A DNA stretch of 63,021 nucleotides, filler included, from Kipferlia bialata (Eukaryota), in NCBI GenBank assembly GCA_003568945.1. It is 6 parts of 5 records of this genome, joined end to end, with 100 filler letters (N's around TTAATTAATTAA, not from the genome) between each part and the next. Parts side by side here need not be neighbours in the genome. Positions count along the whole stretch, not along the records: positions 55,884 to 63,021 come from BDIP01000466.1; 5 more parts are not named here. The stretch is one strand, 5' to 3'. Within the stretch, counting starts at the first letter, position 1, and every line of letters begins with the position of its first letter. Shown here one piece after another: positions 59,641-63,021 of the stretch. The position numbers were made by a program, and so were the translations under genes. A model generated the notes under the pieces. It was not told where the DNA came from. It ran no database searches and was given only the letters and a program-made list of their open reading frames with translations.

Positions 59641-62600
59641 TCATCTGCCCCACTCTCCCTTGCCGTACCCTGAGCCGGGTGGCTGTCTGTGTCTCTTGGC
59701 TGGTGGCCCAGCCCCAGGGGGTAGGTGGGGGGGTCTCTCCCTCTGCTGCACTTGACCCCTCTGTCTCTCCCTCGGTCTGCTGCCGGGTGGATACACACTC
59801 CGCGCTGTCTCCCTACCGCTAGTATTGCGGTTGGGTTGTTGGTTGTATGGTATCCTCTGCCCATGGCTAACACGCCCTCTCTCCCTCTCCCTCTCCCTCT
59901 CCCTCTCCTGGGTAGCTAGTACAGACGCCGTCCCTACATCCAGGAACACTGATACAGCACTGTCAGAGGGTGTGGGGAGGGCACCGAAGAGAGGGGTGTA
60001 CACACCATCCTGGGGGTGTCCTGACTCAGACACACTCCCTGTCCTGCCCTTACCCTCAGCCCAGGCCGCTGCCGCCAGATACAGTCTCCCATCAGCTATC
60101 ACCCTCATCCTAGGGGCTGCCATTCCCACCAGCAGTGCACTGATCAGGGCATGTCTACACGCACACATCAGATAGCCAAAGAGGACGGCAGACCCAGGGC
60201 CCCTCAGGGGCTGTTGGTACAGTGGCTCCAGGGGGGGTAGGGGGGTAGTCCTCCCCCAGTGCCAGTCACTCTCTCCCTCTCCATAGAGTGCTGCGTCCAC
60301 CCCTGTCTCTCCCTCTCCCTCCCCCTCTGTCTGCACCAGATATACCATTCTGGCCAGCATCCCATGCTCTGCGGCACTCAGGGGCATGGCACAGGCAGAG
60401 CAGAAGTGGGCTAGGGCCAGCACACCCCCTATCATGGCACACACGTCCAGGTGGTGTCTGAGGGCACACAGGGGAGGGGGAGACCCATCGGCCAAGGGAG
60501 AGGGTGGGGGAGGGAGGCATGCAGTTATGGCGTCTCTGTCAACACCGAAGGGGGATAGAAGGAGAGAGAGCCAGGTCACAGAGAGTGCTCGGCCACAGAC
60601 CCACTCATACGCTGGGGTCGACTTGTCGCCAGATGATGGGAACGTGTACCTGTCACTCGACTCCATACCAGGTACACTACTGAATAGTCCACCCGTGCCA
60701 GAGGTGTTTAGGGTAAAGGGTGCAGTGGGGAGGGGAACGCCCACCATTCCGAATCTATCCCCTGTCAGGGCAGTATTGGTGGACAGATCTAGGCTGGGGT
60801 GGGATTTGAGACTATAAGAGTCGAGATTCAAAACAGTGGACCACAAGCATCTATATATACAGACTGAGGGATGAATGAGGGATGAATTCATATATGCATG
60901 AACACATGTATGGATCCCCACCCCCACCTTCCCCACACTATGCTCTGACAGGGTACGGCAACCACTCCAGTCAGCCTAGACGCAATGGCCTGGGGTGAGC
61001 AGAGGGTGAGAACCCCCTACGAACCACAAATATATACACATAGCAGTCTGCCAACCATCCATTCTATAAGTATCACATCTCATATACTGCCACTGACCTG
61101 GGCGTCTGGTATGGGTCTCCACAGGGCCACAGACCCCACACCTGTACCAGACCCCCCCTCTGTGTCCTGTGATACTGATACTGGTAGTGTGCCTCTGACC
61201 ACAGAGTGCAGGGGGGCAGACAGGATCAGGCATGGGTGAGGGTAGGAGGGGGGTGGAGAATGATGGACAATACTTATACACCCATACCTAGCAGAGTCCG
61301 AGACGGTGCTGCCACACCCAGAGTGGGAGGTGTGTAGCTGGGGGTAGCTATGAATGTGGTCTCAAATCCTAGAGAGTTAGCTTGATACGAATTGATCCAC
61401 ATATACACCCCACCCCGGTACCTGTGTGCTTGAGGTGCAGCAGCATGGGTATTAGGTGGTTGAGGCCTCTGTCCATGGTGTGTCTAGTCAGAGACACCAG
61501 CTGGGCCTCGAGTACAGTGTCATTGGTGGGCAGCACTAGGGGCTTCCTTCCAGCACCCTGCCCACTCTCTGTGTCTGCGGGACAGGCCCCTATCAGATCC
61601 ATGTGTACACAGGGGGCATGGGGGGACGGGTACACGTGCACAGGCACCACCGCCCCTGCCCCCCCTCTACACTTGGGCATGGTCATCAGCCAGGTGGGGG
61701 TCTTGTACCCTAGGGAGGTGTATGTCTGCCTCAGGGCATCCAGTAGAGCGGGGTGCTTCCTCAGATACCCCTTGGCCTGGGGTCAGTGAGGGATTAAAAC
61801 ATATGAATGCGGGTTTAGACAGACCGATGCCGGAGTTTCAGTAGACACCACACCACACACCTCCTTGCTCCTGTAGAAGGTTGGGTTGTTAGCCAGCCAG
61901 CCACTGACTGCCCTCAGCCTAGCTCCATAGGGAGTGCCCTGCCTAGCGTACAGTTCAGCCAGGTGCCGGGGTGCACACCTCTCCAGGAAGGCACTGATTA
62001 CGGGCATGTGGGCTGTGCTGTAGTCGTTGCCACACACCCAGGACACAAGGGGGAGGTGGCCCGGGGAGGCACCTAGGGCGGCCTCGGTGTAGGCAGCACT
62101 GTACACTGGCACATCCCTGCCACACATGGGATCAGGGTCACCTGTACATGCACCATCCCCCAGACCCTTGAGGCCAGCTGCTATGAGGTCCTCAGGCCTC
62201 ACCACCCTAAGGCCGGGTGAGCACAGAAAGTCCCCATCATTAGAAACGACTATGCTGGGTCCCTGGGTGACTCTAGACATGATGTGTGTGTCGGCCTCGC
62301 CATCGGCCATCTCCACAGACACCACACCCTGCCAGCCCTGGGGGTAGGGGGGGAGGGGGTAGAGTTAGAGACTGTCGCATGCCTAACTTCACAGCCTACA
62401 CCACATGCCCCTTACCTGTGCGTGTGTGTCTGTGTCTGCCTGGGACAGGGCAGAGACCTCGTGTACAAAGGACTCCCTCAGCTCATCAGCACCCATGAAG
62501 GTGAGCTTCTCCCACCTAGACAGTCAGAGTAGGGTAACATACATACAGGGTCAGAATATCAGATAGAGATTGATGCGGAGAGCGTGTGACATGCTTGATA

Positions 62601-62980
62601 CTGGGGAAGCACATACCACACCCACACACCTCTGTCTGTCCAGTCTGGGGACAGGAGGGATGGGGCCATAGTCTTGAGTGGTACTGGGTGAGAGATTACA
62701 GATATGGACCCGAGTAGAGAAACAATCCTACACGATAAGTACGTGTCAGATGTGTATGTACCTGACAGCAGTGCAGACGGGGGAACCCTCCTGTAACGCC
62801 TGACATTAGAAAACCCAATGCAGCCCCTAAGAGAAATGAGTGCCTTGCCGTGCAGAGTCAGCTGAGATACACATATATGTGACCCACCTGAGTGAGGGGC
62901 TCACAGTACTGGAGAGACTGGAGGCGGCGCTGAAACACTGTTTCGTATTTGGAGGCCTTGGATGAGGGTCGGTACACTGG
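59641..62980 (-). CDS. PIN-domain protein, Asteroid/FAM120-like, 5' truncated
   Basis: ADGEADTH...VSNDGDF...VCGNDY acidic motifs of the XPG_I-like PIN family. Confidence 0.6.
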
Positions 62981-63021
62981 GTGATGGGGGGGGGGGGGGG
63001 GGTAGAAGACAAATATGGAAT

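Overview
This is intron-rich, microsatellite-laden DNA from an anaerobic eukaryote. PFOR, a Giardia-like cathepsin and branch points fused to the 3' splice site point to a fornicate/metamonad such as Kipferlia; the organism is my inference. The window is six unrelated contigs joined by artificial N-TTAATTAATTAA-N spacers. Genes reconstructed by splicing exons by eye: PFOR (partial), a bacterial-type SpeD-SpeE fusion, beta-amylase, a frameshifted kelch-like gene, a coiled-coil protein, an HSPA12-like Hsp70, a two-domain membrane adenylyl cyclase, the 3' end of RPL7A, SmD2, an E2F-like factor, Efg1, a cathepsin B fused to about 8 Ig-like repeats, eIF4E, IMP3, ELF1 and an Asteroid/PIN protein. 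The most striking signal is that many introns carry serial partial copies ('echoes') of the adjacent exon ends, each with its own splice site. In the cases compared, the echoes differ from the exon mostly at synonymous sites, which suggests capture from functional alleles rather than neutral decay. Exon coordinates are manual and approximate.
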